Assembly (NCBI RefSeq): GCF_004010195.1
Contig: NC_057719.1
Coordinates: forward strand, 20,795,753-20,859,752
Direction: 5' to 3'
Source of the DNA: Chiloscyllium plagiosum
Taxonomy: Eukaryota
DNA length: 64,000 bases
Under the pieces are notes generated by a model. It searched no databases, was not told where the DNA came from, and saw nothing but the letters and a program-made list of their open reading frames with translations. Of this stretch, positions 12,780-25,848 are shown in pieces (position 1 is the stretch's first letter; each line of letters opens with the position of its first letter). The translations under genes and the position numbers were made by a program.

Positions 12780-13182
12780 CTGGCTGTGGCTCAGTGGGTC
12801 ATATGCTTTCTTGTGAGGAAAAGATTCAACGTTGACACTCCAGCCCTGTCCTGAGGGGAGTGCTGCACTGTCAGTGGAACTGTCACTTGAAAAATATTTT
12901 AAACCAAGCCTCCATTTACTTTATCATATGGATATGAAAGATTGTATGACATTATTTTGAAGAAGCAGTGGGGAGATATTATTAATATCCAATCCAGCAC
13001 TTGACTCTCAACCTACATAGCAGATGCAGATTACCTGGTTTTTAAAATCATTTTGCTGTGCATAACCTGGCTGTCACATTTCTTATATTAGAACACTTCA
13101 CAAGTACTTAATTGACAACAAAGTGTGTTGGGATTTTCTATGATTGTGAAAGTTACTGTATAAATAAAAGTCTTTTTTTCTT
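12780..13182 (+). mobile_element. Deu-domain SINE (SacSINE1/AmnSINE1-like)
   Basis: tRNA-like head tggctcagtggg, Deu core ctgaggggagtgctgcactgtc, tail tataaataaaagtcttttttt. Confidence 0.7.
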
Positions 13183-15852
13183 CTTATTTACACAATTAAA
13201 TATTTTATGCAACACATTTCTAAAACTAACCATTCTACCTCTATTCTCAAGATACTAAGAAATAGTGTAATTGAGATTGTAATTACTTTTCTTGAAATAA
13301 AAAAAATATTACTTTGAGCAACTAATCGATTTGAATCTCATCAATTATTCAATGTACTTGAAATCTCTGTGACAGTCTCTTGGTGTTCAATATCATCTGA
13401 GTGTCTGATTCTATTGAATAACATAATGTACAAGTGAACAAAACTCATCAGTGAGGTTTGGTATCCCTGAGTTAATTCACAGTTGTTTATGAGATTGAAG
13501 CTCATAAGAAGAATTGATGATCATTTTTATCTCACATTTATTTGTCATTTAATAGTAACTCTCATAATCAACTTAAATAGCAGTATTGAATTGTAAGCCA
13601 TGTTTCTGTTTCTTTTCAAATGTGAACTGTCCAACCACAATTAGTCAGTGCTAGCAGAAAGGGAACCATTTCATTCTTCACCTTTGTGTTGGCTTCTAGC
13701 ATATTCCCACAAATTGTTTCAAAGTTTTGAATTAAATGTAAAAACACAAGCAAGTGCTGGAAACCAGAAGCTAAAACAGAAACTTTCGGAGCTAGTCAGC
13801 AATGTTATCAACATCTGTCGAGAAAACAAGTGAGCAAACAGTACAGAATCATCAAAATTGGGAAAAGTTAACAGAATTTAAACACTACAAAAACAACAAT
13901 TTACATTTATCTAGAATATTTGAATGCCTAAGGTTCTTTTCAAGTGTTAGCTAATCAAAATTTGATGCTGAGCTACATAAAGAGGCATTAACTCACAAGA
14001 CAAAAATCTGGGTAAACAAGCTAATGTTTAAGTAGAAAGACCAATATAATGCTTCACATTGTTCCATAATAATATAATTTTAACCAATTATCAATCTCCT
14101 GTTTTGAATTTCAGCACTTCATAGGTCATTTTGCTTCCTCTTCCTCGAATATTGGAAAAACAATATTAACAACAATATGTAATTTAATGAGAAAAATTAC
14201 TCTGGTGGACATAACTAAGGTCAAGATTTTCAAAGGTCTGTGGGAAGGGGACCCAATGCATGTGTGATTGGAAAATCATAGTCCCAGGAATTGCCTTGGG
14301 AATGTTTGAATTTTCAAGGGGCTGGCTGCTGAGAGGGAACAGGAAACATACTCTCCACCAGTTAATTGCCCTTTAATCACCATAAGAAGCTTGTTAAGGG
14401 GGTTTAAAAGTATCAATCTTGAATTCAGGAAATCTGAATCATTTGGTGCATGTTTGTGCACAGCTGCTGTGCTTGCTATGGACAAAAAAAAATTGTCTCC
14501 ATGTAATTTAAATGAACCTTTACAGCATAACAATAAATGTTATACTGCCATTCCCAGCTCCATCAATGTTGCTGGCCCACGACCAAGCAATAATTCAATT
14601 GACCAATTGTTAGATTTCTTAGGCTAGACAATGGCAGACTCTAATTTGGCTGTTGCCACTCTTAGGCACTGGCATGGCTCAGGTAGTTCAAACCTGTTGC
14701 TAAGCTCACCTCCTGCCCAATTAGTGTATTTGAATTCGAAGAGCATGTCACAGGAATGATGTTGCTCAGGCATAGGGGTCAGTCAGGACCCAGCAATCAT
14801 CTGACTGTTCGGATTTTTACCCTTATATAACAATCTGGCTGAACCTGACATTATTGTCTGTATTTGATTCAGAGTATTGCCTACATTGGGATACCTCAAT
14901 TGAAAATATAGGCAAATACAATGACATAGCACTGCAGACAAATTATTTATCTTCTTCACAAGACAAAGGACTGAAAGGTAATTGCGTTTGGACTAGACTT
15001 CAGTTTTTGAGGTACCTTGTGCCACCACTAATGACTAATACCAACTAGCTTTGTGGTAGAGAATTGGAAAGAGAGTGACTACTGGAAACTAAATTTCAAA
15101 AACAGCTGAGAGAAATAAAAAGGTGTTTGATCTATCAAATGGGACATCTGACGAGCTATTGAAAATGCCTGTCTCAGTCTTGCTATTAAAACCTATCACT
15201 TATCATTTTATATCTTGAAGACAAATAATCAGGCATAGTGTTGAAAGTTGAGAAGAAATATCCAGTTATTTACAAATGGCAGTTCGATAAAACTGCCTGC
15301 ATTGTCATATAAAACCATTAGAAGGTACATCACACACTTTAAGGTGTGGGATAGAAAAATTACATACAAATCCAGAGAACTCACTGGAAGTGTTCAAAGT
15401 ATTGGTGTGCATCTAAACCTATAGTTTTAGCCTTTTTATTTTGTTTATGATCATACTTAAATAGTACTTAAATAAATACAGTACATGGTCTGAACTCATT
15501 TCTGTCAGTTAACAAATTCACAGTAAAACAATTGATATGACTGCAAGGAATCTTCAGAGAGCCAAGCTTAGGAGCAGCATTTCAAAAAAAAGTTGGGGCA
15601 CAATTCTTCTTCACATCATGTCAAGTGTAAACACTTTAATAGAACTTGGAACATCTGCACTTAATCATTTGAGATGTTGATGCATATTCAAGAAGGTGAC
15701 GTTGAAGAAACCGGAATGGCTAGGTGCCACAGTTTCACTGCAAGTCTTCCAAACGGTTTCAGGCATTTTATTTCAGACAAAGAATTAAAAGGCAGTTTTG
15801 ATGTCCATAAACCATAAGACAAGATCATCACAGGAACTGTAGAAACAAAGAT

Positions 15853-15906
15853 TGTGTGTGTGTTTGAGAGAGAGAGGGTGTTGTGTGTATGAGTGTAGTG
15901 TGTGTG
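15853..15906. repeat. Imperfect (TG)n/(GA)n microsatellite
   Basis: tgtgtgtgtgtttgagagagagagggtgttgtgtgtatgagtgtagtgtgtgtg. Confidence 0.7.
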
Positions 15907-16754
15907 GAGGCTGCGAGTTCAATTTCAATCATCCTGGACATCTGCAGACAATTTATTTCAAAGCAAGGAATGTTGCTCATTAGCTCTTGTGTTAAGGCAA
16001 GATTTTGAAAAGTGATTCAACACAATATTATTCTTCGTCGATTGATCTATTACATGCTTTTCCTTCCATATTTCCCGTTTGTTTCTCACTATCCTGTTGG
16101 GGCCTGTATAGGATCAAATATCTACTAGTTATCCAGTAGAATGGATGGGAAAAGAAACACAAGTGTTGAGTAAACTGAGGAAACAGAAAACATATGAATG
16201 GTATGTAATAGGATTGAAGAAGTAAAAATAAAATTTGCCTGAGCAAATTTATATTCTGTCTATATTCACACAACATTGGTAGATAGCAATACGTTTAATG
16301 ATTCAATATTCTCAGATAATTCAATTTTTCTTGAGTTGCTATTCTTTATTTATTAAAATTAATATCTTTAGTTATCATCTAATATGAATAATATACACTT
16401 TCTGTCGGTTTCCTCTATTCTCCATAAATTCACCAAAATAATGAAAGTTAGTGAGTATTCAATTTTATTTTTCTTGTCAGTGTTGAAATGGTTCTTTGGT
16501 ATACCCAAATGTGTTAATTGTCAAACTTACGTTAGTATCAGAACGTAATGAGCAGATTCTGTTGTCAAAATAAAAGTGAGGTTCATGAGGTTCATTGATC
16601 TTTGAAGCTTTAAAGTCAGGAGCAGGCAATTAAATGTTCTAGCATTTTATGTGATCATGGCTGATCGGTAGGCCAACTCCTAAGATTTTTTGCCCATATC
16701 CCTTAATACTTTTGCTCAATGAAAAAAGCTATTTCAGATTTAAAGTTCATAATT

Positions 16755-18610
16755 AGAGTCATAGAGTCATGGAGATGTAAAGCATGGAAACAAACCTTCG
16801 GTCCAACTCGTCCATGCCGACCAGATATCCCAACCTAATCTAGTCCCATTTGCGAGCACTTGGTCAATATCCCTCTAAACCCTTCCTATTCATATACCTA
16901 TCCCAGATGCCTTGAAAATGTTGCAATTGCACCAGCCTCCACCACTTCCTCTGCAGTTCATTCCATACACATACCACCCACTGCATGAAAAAGTTGCCCC
17001 TTAGGTTCCTTTTATGTCTTTCCTCTCTCATCCTAAACTTATGTCCTCTAGTTCTGGACTCCCCCATTCCAGGGAAAAGATTTGTGTCTATTTACCCTAT
17101 CTATGTCCCTCGTGATTTTGTAAACCTCTATAAGGTCACCCCTCAGCCTCCGACACTCCACGGAAAACAGCCCCAACCTAATCAGCCTCTCCCTCTAGCT
17201 CAAATTTCACAACATCCTTCCAATAGGAAGGAGAACAGAATTGCACACAATATTCCAACAGTGGCCGAAACAGTGTCCAGTACAGGTGCAATATGACCTC
17301 CCAACTCCTGTACTCAATGCTCTAACCAATAAAGGAAAGCATACCAAACGCCTTCTTCACTGTCCTATCTACCTGCAACTCCACTTTCAAGGAGCTATGA
17401 ACCTGCACTCCAGGATCTCTTTGTTCAGCAACACTCCTTAGAACCTTACCATTAAGTGTATAGGTCCTGCTAAGATTTGCTTTCCCAAAATGCAGCACCT
17501 CGTATTTATCTAAATTAAACTCCATCTGCCACCCCTCAGCCCATTGGCCCACCTGATAAAGATCCTGTTGTAATCTAAGGTAACTTTCTTCGCTGTCTAC
17601 CACACCTCCAATTTTGGTGTCATCTGCAAACTTACTGACTGTACCTATGTTCATATTCAAATCATTTATATAAATGATGGAAACTAGTGGACCCAGCACC
17701 GATCCTGTGGCACCTCACTGGTCACAGGCTTCCAGTCTGAAAAACAATCCTCCACTACCACCCTCTGTATTCTACCTTTGAGACAGTTCTGTATCCAAAT
17801 GGTTAGTTCTCCCTGTATTCCAGAGATCTAACCTTGCTAACCAGTCTCCCATGGGGAACCTTGTCGAACGTCTTACTGAAGTCCACATAGATCACATCAA
17901 CCTCTCTGCCCTCATCAATCCTGTTTGTTACTTTTTCAAAAAACTCAATTAAGTTTGTGAGACATGATTTACCATGCACAAAGCCATATTGACTATCCCT
18001 AATCAGTCCTTGCCTTTCCAAATACGTGTAAATCCTGTTCCTCAGGATTCTCTCCAACAACTTGCCCACCACCAATGTCAGGCTCATTGACCTATAGTTC
18101 CTTGGCCTGTCCTTACTACCTTTCTTAGATTGTGGCATCACGTTAGCCAACCTCCAGTCTTATGGCACCTCACCTGTGACTATCGATGATACAAATATCT
18201 CAGCAAGGGGCCCAGCATCACTTCCCTAGCTTCCCACAGTGTTCTAGGGTACACTTGATCAAGTCCTGGGGATTTATCCACTTTTATGAGTTTCATAACA
18301 TCCAGTACTTCCTCCTCTGTAATTTGGACATGTCACCATCTATGTCCCTACATCCTATACCCTCCATGTCCTTTTCCACAGTAAATATTGATACAAAATA
18401 CTCGTTTAGTACCTCCCCCATCAACTGTGGCTCCACACAAAGGATGCCTTGCTGATCTTTGAGGGGCCCTATTCTCTACCTTTTTGTCCTTAATGTATTT
18501 ATCAAATCCCTTTGGATTCTCCTTAACCCTATTTGCCAAAGCTATCTCATATCCCCTTTTTGCCCTCCTGATTTTCCTCTTTAGTATACTCCTACTGCCT
18601 TTACATTCTT
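16755..18610 (-). mobile_element. CR1 LINE, 5'-truncated, decayed RT
   Basis: Minus-strand ORFs with SKFADDTKIGG, GKSCLTNLIEFFE, DFSKTFDKVPHGRL and RVKENPK; (tagagtca)n tail at left end. Confidence 0.94.
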
Positions 18611-18611
18611 C

Positions 18612-19160
18612 GGTTGTGGTTCTGTTCGCCGAGCTGGGAATTTGTGTTGCAGACGTTTCGTCCCCTGTCTAGGTGACATCCTCAGTGCTTGGGAGCCTCC
18701 TGTGAAGCGCTTCTGTGATGTTTCCTCCGGCATTTATAGTGATTTGTACCTGCCGCTTCCGGTTGTCAGTTCCAGCTGTCCACTGCAGTGGCCGGTATAT
18801 TGGGTCCAGGTTGATGTGCTTATTGATTGAATTTGTGGATACGAAAGCAACCACATGTGCTTATTGATTGAATTTGTGGATACGAAAGCAACCACCCCAA
18901 CACACACAAAAGAAGTTGCATCAAGGCACTGTGCAAAAGGGCCACAACAAACTGCAGTACACCAGAACTGCAAAAAGAGGAAGAAGAACACCTATACAAT
19001 GTATTCGCCAAAAAGGATACCCCCGCAATTTCATCAATAGATGCCTAAGGGAAAGACAACGGAATGAGGACATGCCACATCCCAAAGGACTAGCCACATT
19101 ACCATACATCAAAAACATTTCTGAACTGACAGCCAGATTACTGCAACCACTAGGACTCAT
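18612..19160. mobile_element. Penelope (Poseidon-type) partial copy: inverted terminal repeat plus RT-EN linker, truncated
   Basis: Near-identical to 19742-~20248; LPYIKNISELTARLL; internal 41-bp tandem duplication at 18814-18895. Confidence 0.88.
18649..18688 (-). ncRNA. Predicted minimal type-I hammerhead ribozyme (family B)
   Basis: Minus strand: GCA CUGAGGA U GUCaCCU-agac-AGGgGAC GAAA CG UC UGC; stem I GCA/UGC; intact core. Confidence 0.75.
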
Positions 19161-19741
19161 CCAGCATCCACTGCCTTTTATGGAAGAGAGTTCCAAATAT
19201 CTACCAGCCTTTGTGTATAGAAATGCTTCCTAACATCTCTCCTGAACAGTCTGGTTCTATTTCTCAAACTATGGCCCAGTTCTATAATCCTTAACCAGTG
19301 GAATTAGTTTATCTTTCTCTACCCTGTCTTTTCCTGTTAATTACTTGAAGAATTTGAATGATAAGATCACCCCTTAATCTTCTAAATTCAAGAGAAAGCA
19401 GCCCTAGTTTGCCTAATCTCTCCTTCTAACTTAACCCCTCAAGTCCGAGTATCATTAATGTAAACTCTTGTTATACTCTCTCAAAAGCCAATATATCTTT
19501 CCTAAGCTGTGCCCAGATCTGCTTACAGTACTCCGAGAGGGGTCTAACCAGGGTTTTGTATAACTGCAGCATAACCTCTGCATCCTTGGACTCCAGTTCT
19601 CTCGATATAACGGATAGCATTTCATTAACTTTCTGGCATCTGTTTGTGACATTTTAAAGATCAATGCACCTGAAACCCCAAGTCTCTTTTGACATCCACT
19701 GTATTTAACTTCATATCATCTAGAAAATACTCTGAGCTATC

Positions 19742-20829
19742 GTTGTGGTTCTGTTCGCCGAGCTGGGTATTTGTGTTATAGACGTTTCGTCCCCTGTCTA
19801 GGTGACATCCTCAGTGCTTGGGAGCCTCCTGTGAAGCGCTTCTGTGATGTTTCCTCCGGCATTTATAGTGATTTGTACCTGCCGCTTCCGGTTGTCAGTT
19901 CCAGCTGTCCACTGCAGTGGCCGGTATATTGGGTCCAGGTCGATGTGCTTATTGATTGAATTTGTGGATACGAAAGCAACCACCCCAACACACACAAAAG
20001 AAGTTGCATCAAGGCACTGTGCAAAAGGGCCACAACAAACTGCAGTACACCAGAACTGCAAAAAGAGGAAGAAGAACACCTATACAATGTATTGGCCAAA
20101 AAGGATACCCCCGCAATTTCATCAACAGATGCCTAAGGGAAAGACAACGGAATGAGGACATGCCACATCCCAAAGGACTAGCCACACTACCATACATCAA
20201 AAACATTTCTGAACTGACAGCCAGACTACTGCGACCACTAGGACTCATAACAGCACACAAACCAACAGCCACTCTCAGACAACAACTCACCAGGACAAAG
20301 GACCCGATACCCAGCATGAGCAAAACCAATGTAGTGTACAAAATCCCATGCAAGGACTGCACAAAACACTATATAGGACAAACAGGAAGACAGCTAACGA
20401 TTCGCATCCATGAACACGAAGTAGCCACGAAACGACACGACCAGTTCGCCTTAGTAGACGCACAGGCAGATGACAAACAACATGCGTTCGACTGGGACAA
20501 CATTACTATTATAGGACAAGCCAAACAGAGAACAGCCAGGGAATTCCTAGAGGCATGGCACTCATCCACAGATTCAATCAATAAGCACATCGACCTGGAC
20601 CCAATATACCGGCCACTGCAACGGACAGCTGGAACTGACAACCGGAAGCAGCAGAGACAAACCACTATAAATGCCGGAGGAAACATCACAGAAGCGCTTC
20701 ACAGGAGGCTCCCAAGCACTGAGGATGTCACCTGGACAGGGACAAAACGTCTGCAAAACAAATTCGAAGCTCGGCAAACAGAACCACAACAACGAGCACC
20801 CGAGTTACAAATCTTCTCACAAACTTTGA
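19742..20829 (+). mobile_element. Penelope-like element (Poseidon-type), 5'-truncated with inverted 5' terminal repeat
   Basis: 19742-19969 is the reverse complement of 20564-20790; 13-bp TSD actctgagctatc (19729-19741 and 20830-20842); GIY-YIG ORF inside. Confidence 0.93.
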
Positions 20830-20861
20830 ACTCTGAGCTATCTTTTCTCTGTCCAAAGTAG
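19956..20861 (+). pseudogene. PLE ORF C-terminus with GIY-YIG endonuclease (open frame, RT missing)
   Basis: NVVYKIPCKDCTKHYIGQTGRQLTIRIHEH...REFLEAWHS...SIN: GIY-YIG with the PLE Cys/His motif. Confidence 0.9.
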
Positions 20862-20923
20862 ATAACCTCAGATTTCAAGCTTAAAATTTCACCAACTTCA
20901 CTGGCACAAGAAAGTTGATTTGA

Positions 20924-22835
20924 ACATAAGAACCTGAGAACTTGGAGCAGGAGTCAGTCATCTGGCTGATCCTTTTGTGGACTCAGCCTCATTTACCACT
21001 CACTATAATCTTCAAAAGTCTGTCTATCTTTGCCTTAAAAACAGTCAACTAAGTAGCCTCAACTGCGTCACTGGGCAGGGAATTCCACAGATTCGCAACC
21101 TTTTGGGTGAAGACGTTCCTCCTCATCTGAGTCCTAAATCTGCTCCTCCTTATTTTGAGGCTGTACCGCCTAGTTCTAGTTTCATCTGTCAGTGGTAACA
21201 ATTCCCCTGCTTCTATCTTACCCATTCCTTTCATACTTTTATATGTTTCTGTAAGATCCGCTCTCATTCTTCTGAATTCCAATGAATATAGTCCCAGTTT
21301 ACTCAATCTCTCCTCATAAGCTAACCCTCTCAACTCTGGAATCAACCTGGTGAACCTCCTCTGCATCCCCTCCAGTGCCAATACATCTTTCTCAAGTAAG
21401 GAGACCAAACTATTACATAGTACTCTAGGTGTGGTCTCAACAGCTGCAGAATAACCACCCTATTTTAAAACCCCACATTTCTAGCAATGAAGGACAATTT
21501 TCCATTTTCCTTCTTAATTACCTGCTGCACCTGCAAACCAACTTTTTTGTGATTCATGCACAAGGACACCCAGGTCTCTCTGCACAGCAGCATGCTGCAA
21601 TTTTTCACCATTTAAATTATAGTCCATTTATCTACCAAAATGAATGACCTCACATTTATCAGAATTGTACTCCATCTGCCAGACCATTGCCAACTCACTT
21701 AATCTATCTATATCCCTCTGCAGACTTTCAGTGTCCTCTGCAGACTTGCTCTACCACTCATCTTATTTCATCTACGAATTTTGACACACTACACGTGGTC
21801 CCCAATTCCATATCATATATATAAATTGTAAACAATTGCTGATCCAATTCTAATGCCTGAGGCACGCAACTAGCCAATGATTGCCAAGCAGAAAAACAAC
21901 CATTTCTCCCAACTCTTTGCTTTTTATTAGTTAACTAATCTTCTGTCCGTGTTGATACATTATTCATAATTCTGTGCACCGTTATCTTCTGTTGCAGTAG
22001 TTTGTATGACACCTTGTCAAATGCCTTCTGGAAGTCCAGATACACCACATCCACTGTTCCACTGTTGTTTACCACACTTGTAATCTCCTCAAAGAGTTCC
22101 AGTAAATTAAGCATGACCTGCTTTTCATGACCATGAGACAACTTCTAACCAGATGTCTTGCTATTTCTTCCTTGATTGTAGATTCAAGCATTTTTGCCAT
22201 AACAGAAATTAAGCTCATGGACCTGTAGTTACCCACCTTTTATCTCCTACCATCTTTAGACAGTGGTGTCACAGTTGCTGTTTTCCAATCTGCGGGAGCC
22301 CTCCCAGAGTCCAGCAAATTTTAATAAATTACCACAAGCGTATTTGTTATTTCCCTGCCATCACTTTTAGCATCCTGGGATGCATTCCATCAGGGCCAGC
22401 AGACCTGTCTACCTTTAGCCCCATTCGGCGAAAGTGAGAACTGCAGATACTGGAGATCAGAGACAAGATTAGAGTGGTACTGGAAAAGCACAGCAGGTCA
22501 GGCAGCATCCGAGGAGCAGGAAAATCAATGTTTCAGGCAAAAGCCCTTCATCAGGAATGGCTTTAGCCCCATTAGCATACCTAACACTACTTCTTTAATG
22601 ATAATGATCATTTCTAGGTCCTCACTTGCCATAGCCTCCTTGTCATCAATTACTGGCATATTATTTATCTCTTCCATTGTGAAAACTGATACAAAATACC
22701 TGTTCAACGCCTTGGCCATTTCCTCAATTTTCATTATTCAATCCCCTTTCTCATCCTCTATAAGACTAATGCATACCTTAGCCATTCTTTTTTGTTTTAT
22801 ACATTTGTAGTAACTTTTGCTATCTGCTTTTATAT
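20924..22835 (-). mobile_element. CR1 LINE (second subfamily), decayed
   Basis: DVVYLDFQKAFDKVSY, DVLALEGMQRRFTRLIPELRGL, EEMAKALNRYFVSVFT. Confidence 0.92.
22426..22560 (-). mobile_element. Family-A PLE terminal unit nested in CR1
   Basis: Perfect 13-bp TSD ctttagccccatt (22413-22425 and 22561-22573); minus strand cattcCTGATGAagggcttttgcctGAAAcat. Confidence 0.9.
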
Positions 22836-24974
22836 TCTGTACACATTGAAAACAGCCATTTCAACTCATGAACAATGCTGTTAGATGCTGTGCTGCAGCA
22901 AAGTTTGTAAGTAACATTATACAACCATTACGATCTCTGTATATTTAAGCACAGATATGAATTTATCAGAAAACAATAGAAAGAATTACAGGACAAGATG
23001 TTGAATCTTAAGTATTTTACTGTAACAAAGAAACTAAAAGCAACATACGGCTCGACTTTATGGCCTTATGCTGGCATTTTCAAAAGGGGCTTCTAAAATG
23101 CAGGTCATGGCCTGCCTATTGCCTATCGGTTCACTTCTTTGACCAGTCTCCCACTTTATAGGTAGGGTGGAGGTGCAAGACAAGCTCATCATTGTGCCTC
23201 AATAGATACGTACATGCCTCATCCTGCCTTAGCTGTTATTTTACCAATTACAGGGAGAGTCACATCAAGCAGGTAGCCTGATAGCATTAGTTGTGTGGAC
23301 TGGTGTCAAACAGGGCTATGGTACCTTCTTATGGTGTCCTTATGTCCGTTAGAGGTAGCACTCCTCAAAGGTCAGACCCTCCTTGAACCCATCACATGTC
23401 TCCCAGCTCCAGGATCACAAACCAAGTGTCCAATGGTTTAATTGTTCTGTGTCTGATTATGTGAATCTCTTAACAATTGATGTGCACTGTGCTTGATTTG
23501 TTAAGTCTGACTATGGTAAATTGACTCAGAGAGAACTGAAAAGCTGAGAGCTGGAAGTTGCTAAAAACATAATGCAGACTTTTTGTGGTTGTACTATATA
23601 TCTATATGTATAGAGAGCACTGTAAATAACCTGTTGCACATTAGAAACTGGAGTCTTTTCTGCATTACTTTGGGATGTAAAATAAACAATATATCCATGA
23701 AATGCAACAATGTCCAGCCTCTCTCAATATCTTACACTTGATTTCAGTCTGGACTTTACGTCTCTTTCAGTGAGAACTGTCTGTAATCCCAGTCTTAGCC
23801 AGGTAACATGCTGCAAAATTTTAAATATCAGGGCAACTGGTATCATCAGGGATGCGTTCTTCAATGATCCTTCTCATGGCGCAAAGGGAAGCTCATCCAC
23901 CTGACAATTATGGCCAGTACACAAAACAATGCTTAACAATCAATCGATACACCAAAATAAACAATGATATGGCTTATTTTATAATCAAAACTACTTTATG
24001 ATTATTCTGCACTTTACCCCAGGCAGTCATCCTTGATGATTCATTCTAATATTAATATTAGCTTTTCAGAAAGTTTTTTCACTTGTCACACGAGGATTTG
24101 TCCAGGGCCCTCTGAAGTCATGTGACTAAGTCTTCCAAATATTCCTTAATTGGCATCCAGTAGCAAGGCATTCTCTGATGACTATTTGGTTGCTCAATCT
24201 TGAATATTCCTCCTCTTTGAATGTAGAATCTACTCTTATCAGCATTCTGTTTGATAGTGAATCCAAAACAGTCTTTGTCTCTGTTTTCCACAGCAGAAGC
24301 TTTTTATTTCCTTCTCCGGCTCTCGGTTGGTGGGTCTCTTTATACAGAAAAGAAATACGCTCTTTTTTATCAAAATGTGAAAGCTATCTCTTGATTTTTA
24401 ATAGATTTCAGCCTGGGCCTCTTTCCCCATGGCAACCAAATTGCATGGAGCTGGCTCTTGCAGAGTCTAATATGATCATACCATCTCTCTATTCAGAATA
24501 TTCTGTTTCACTTTAAATTAAAATAGACATTTTATTTCACACTGTCTTATAAAGTCTCCCAGTGGATGACAAATGCTCAAAAAAGCTAATCCTTATGATA
24601 CTGCACATGCATGAGGATTCTTGCTTAAATTTCAGAAACTGAGATACCGAGGATATTTTGTCCTGTTGAAGATGGTTAGGTGTTCACCTGGTAGTTTGTA
24701 CATTGATGACAGTCTTGGAGTGACAGTAGAAAGTCTCCAATTTTTTGACAATCTTGCCACACGCACATAGTCTATGACTGCAGAGAGAATGGAAGAGTTC
24801 AGTTCAAACACAACTGTTTGATGATGCAGAATGTGTTCTTCCTTAAAGCCCTCTGCCCCCACAGCTCTCTGTGGCAAAGAGTTTGAAAGTCTCACAATCC
24901 TCTGAGAGACAAAATTCCACTTTATCTCAGTGTTAAATTTGTGCTCCGTTATGCTGAGACTGTGCTATCTGGTC

Positions 24975-25420
24975 CTCGACTCTCCAATGTTGGAAAACAT
25001 CCTCTCATGTCAAGCCCCTTAAGAATTGAATATGGAAAATGGTGTTGAAGGATCCTTAGTAAATTGTTGCAGTGCATAATACATGTAGTGGTACTGGGAA
25101 AGATTATTGAAGGTGGTGGGTGGGATGCAAATTCAATGGGCTGCTTTGCCCTGGATGTCAAGCCTCTCAAATGTTGTGGAATTACACTCATCTGGGAAAG
25201 TGAAAAATATTTTATCATAGTCTTGACTTGTGCCTTGGATCGTTTTTGGGGGAACAGGAAATGAATTACTCACTGCAGAATTCCTAGTCTCTATCACACT
25301 GTTTTTGCCACAGTGTTTATACGGATGTTGATAGTGAAGGTACAGCAATTGTAATTGAATATCAAGCAATGCTGTTAGATTCTCTAGCATTAGAGATGGT
25401 CATTGCCTGGCAGCAATCTT
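24975..25420 (-). mobile_element. Old LINE 3' fragment, same family as 33470-35992
   Basis: IQGTSQDYDKIF (YKAQVRS.MEY-like) and LDIQGKAAH (LD.IQDKAA-like) motifs. Confidence 0.6.
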
Positions 25421-25524
25421 TACCAGGGGCCATATGTGCATGAAAACATGGCCACCAACATCCCAGCAGTCAGATCAAAGATTTGAGCTATCCACCTCCA
25501 GCATTGCTGAAGCTACAGGAGTTA

Positions 25525-25848
25525 TCATAGAATTCTTACAGTGTGGAAACAGGCCATTTTGGCCCAACAACCAAAACTCTGAAGAGTAACCCACGCAGAC
25601 TCATTCCCCTACCCAATGACTCTATATTACCCCTAATGCACCTAACCTACAAATCCCTGAACACTATGGACAATTCAGCATGGCCAATCCACCTAACCTG
25701 GAATGTGAGACCACCCAGAGGAAACCCTCACAGACACGGGGAGAATGTGCAAACTCCACACAGATAATCTCCAAAGGCTGAAATCAAATCTGGGTCGCTG
25801 GCGCTGTGAGACAGTAGTGCTAATCACTAAGCCACCTGTGCTGCCCAT
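25525..25848 (-). mobile_element. HE1-type V-SINE
   Basis: cagacacgggagaatgtgcaaactccacacaga V-domain (reverse), tRNA head at right end. Confidence 0.88.

Larger units (their letters stand above)
19161..20880 (-). mobile_element. CR1 LINE fragment split by the Penelope insertion at 19742-20829
   Basis: LYKTLVRP-like RT C-terminus on the minus strand; continues at 20843-20880 after the TSD. Confidence 0.8.

Noticed and set aside
14855..16560. Possible solo-LTR-like AT-rich tract
   Set aside because: No second copy, TG...CA termini, PBS or TSD could be identified.
23700..24520. Protein-like translations on both strands
   Set aside because: Stops occur in every minus frame, the plus-strand ORFs have no recognisable motif, and there is no consistent splice frame.
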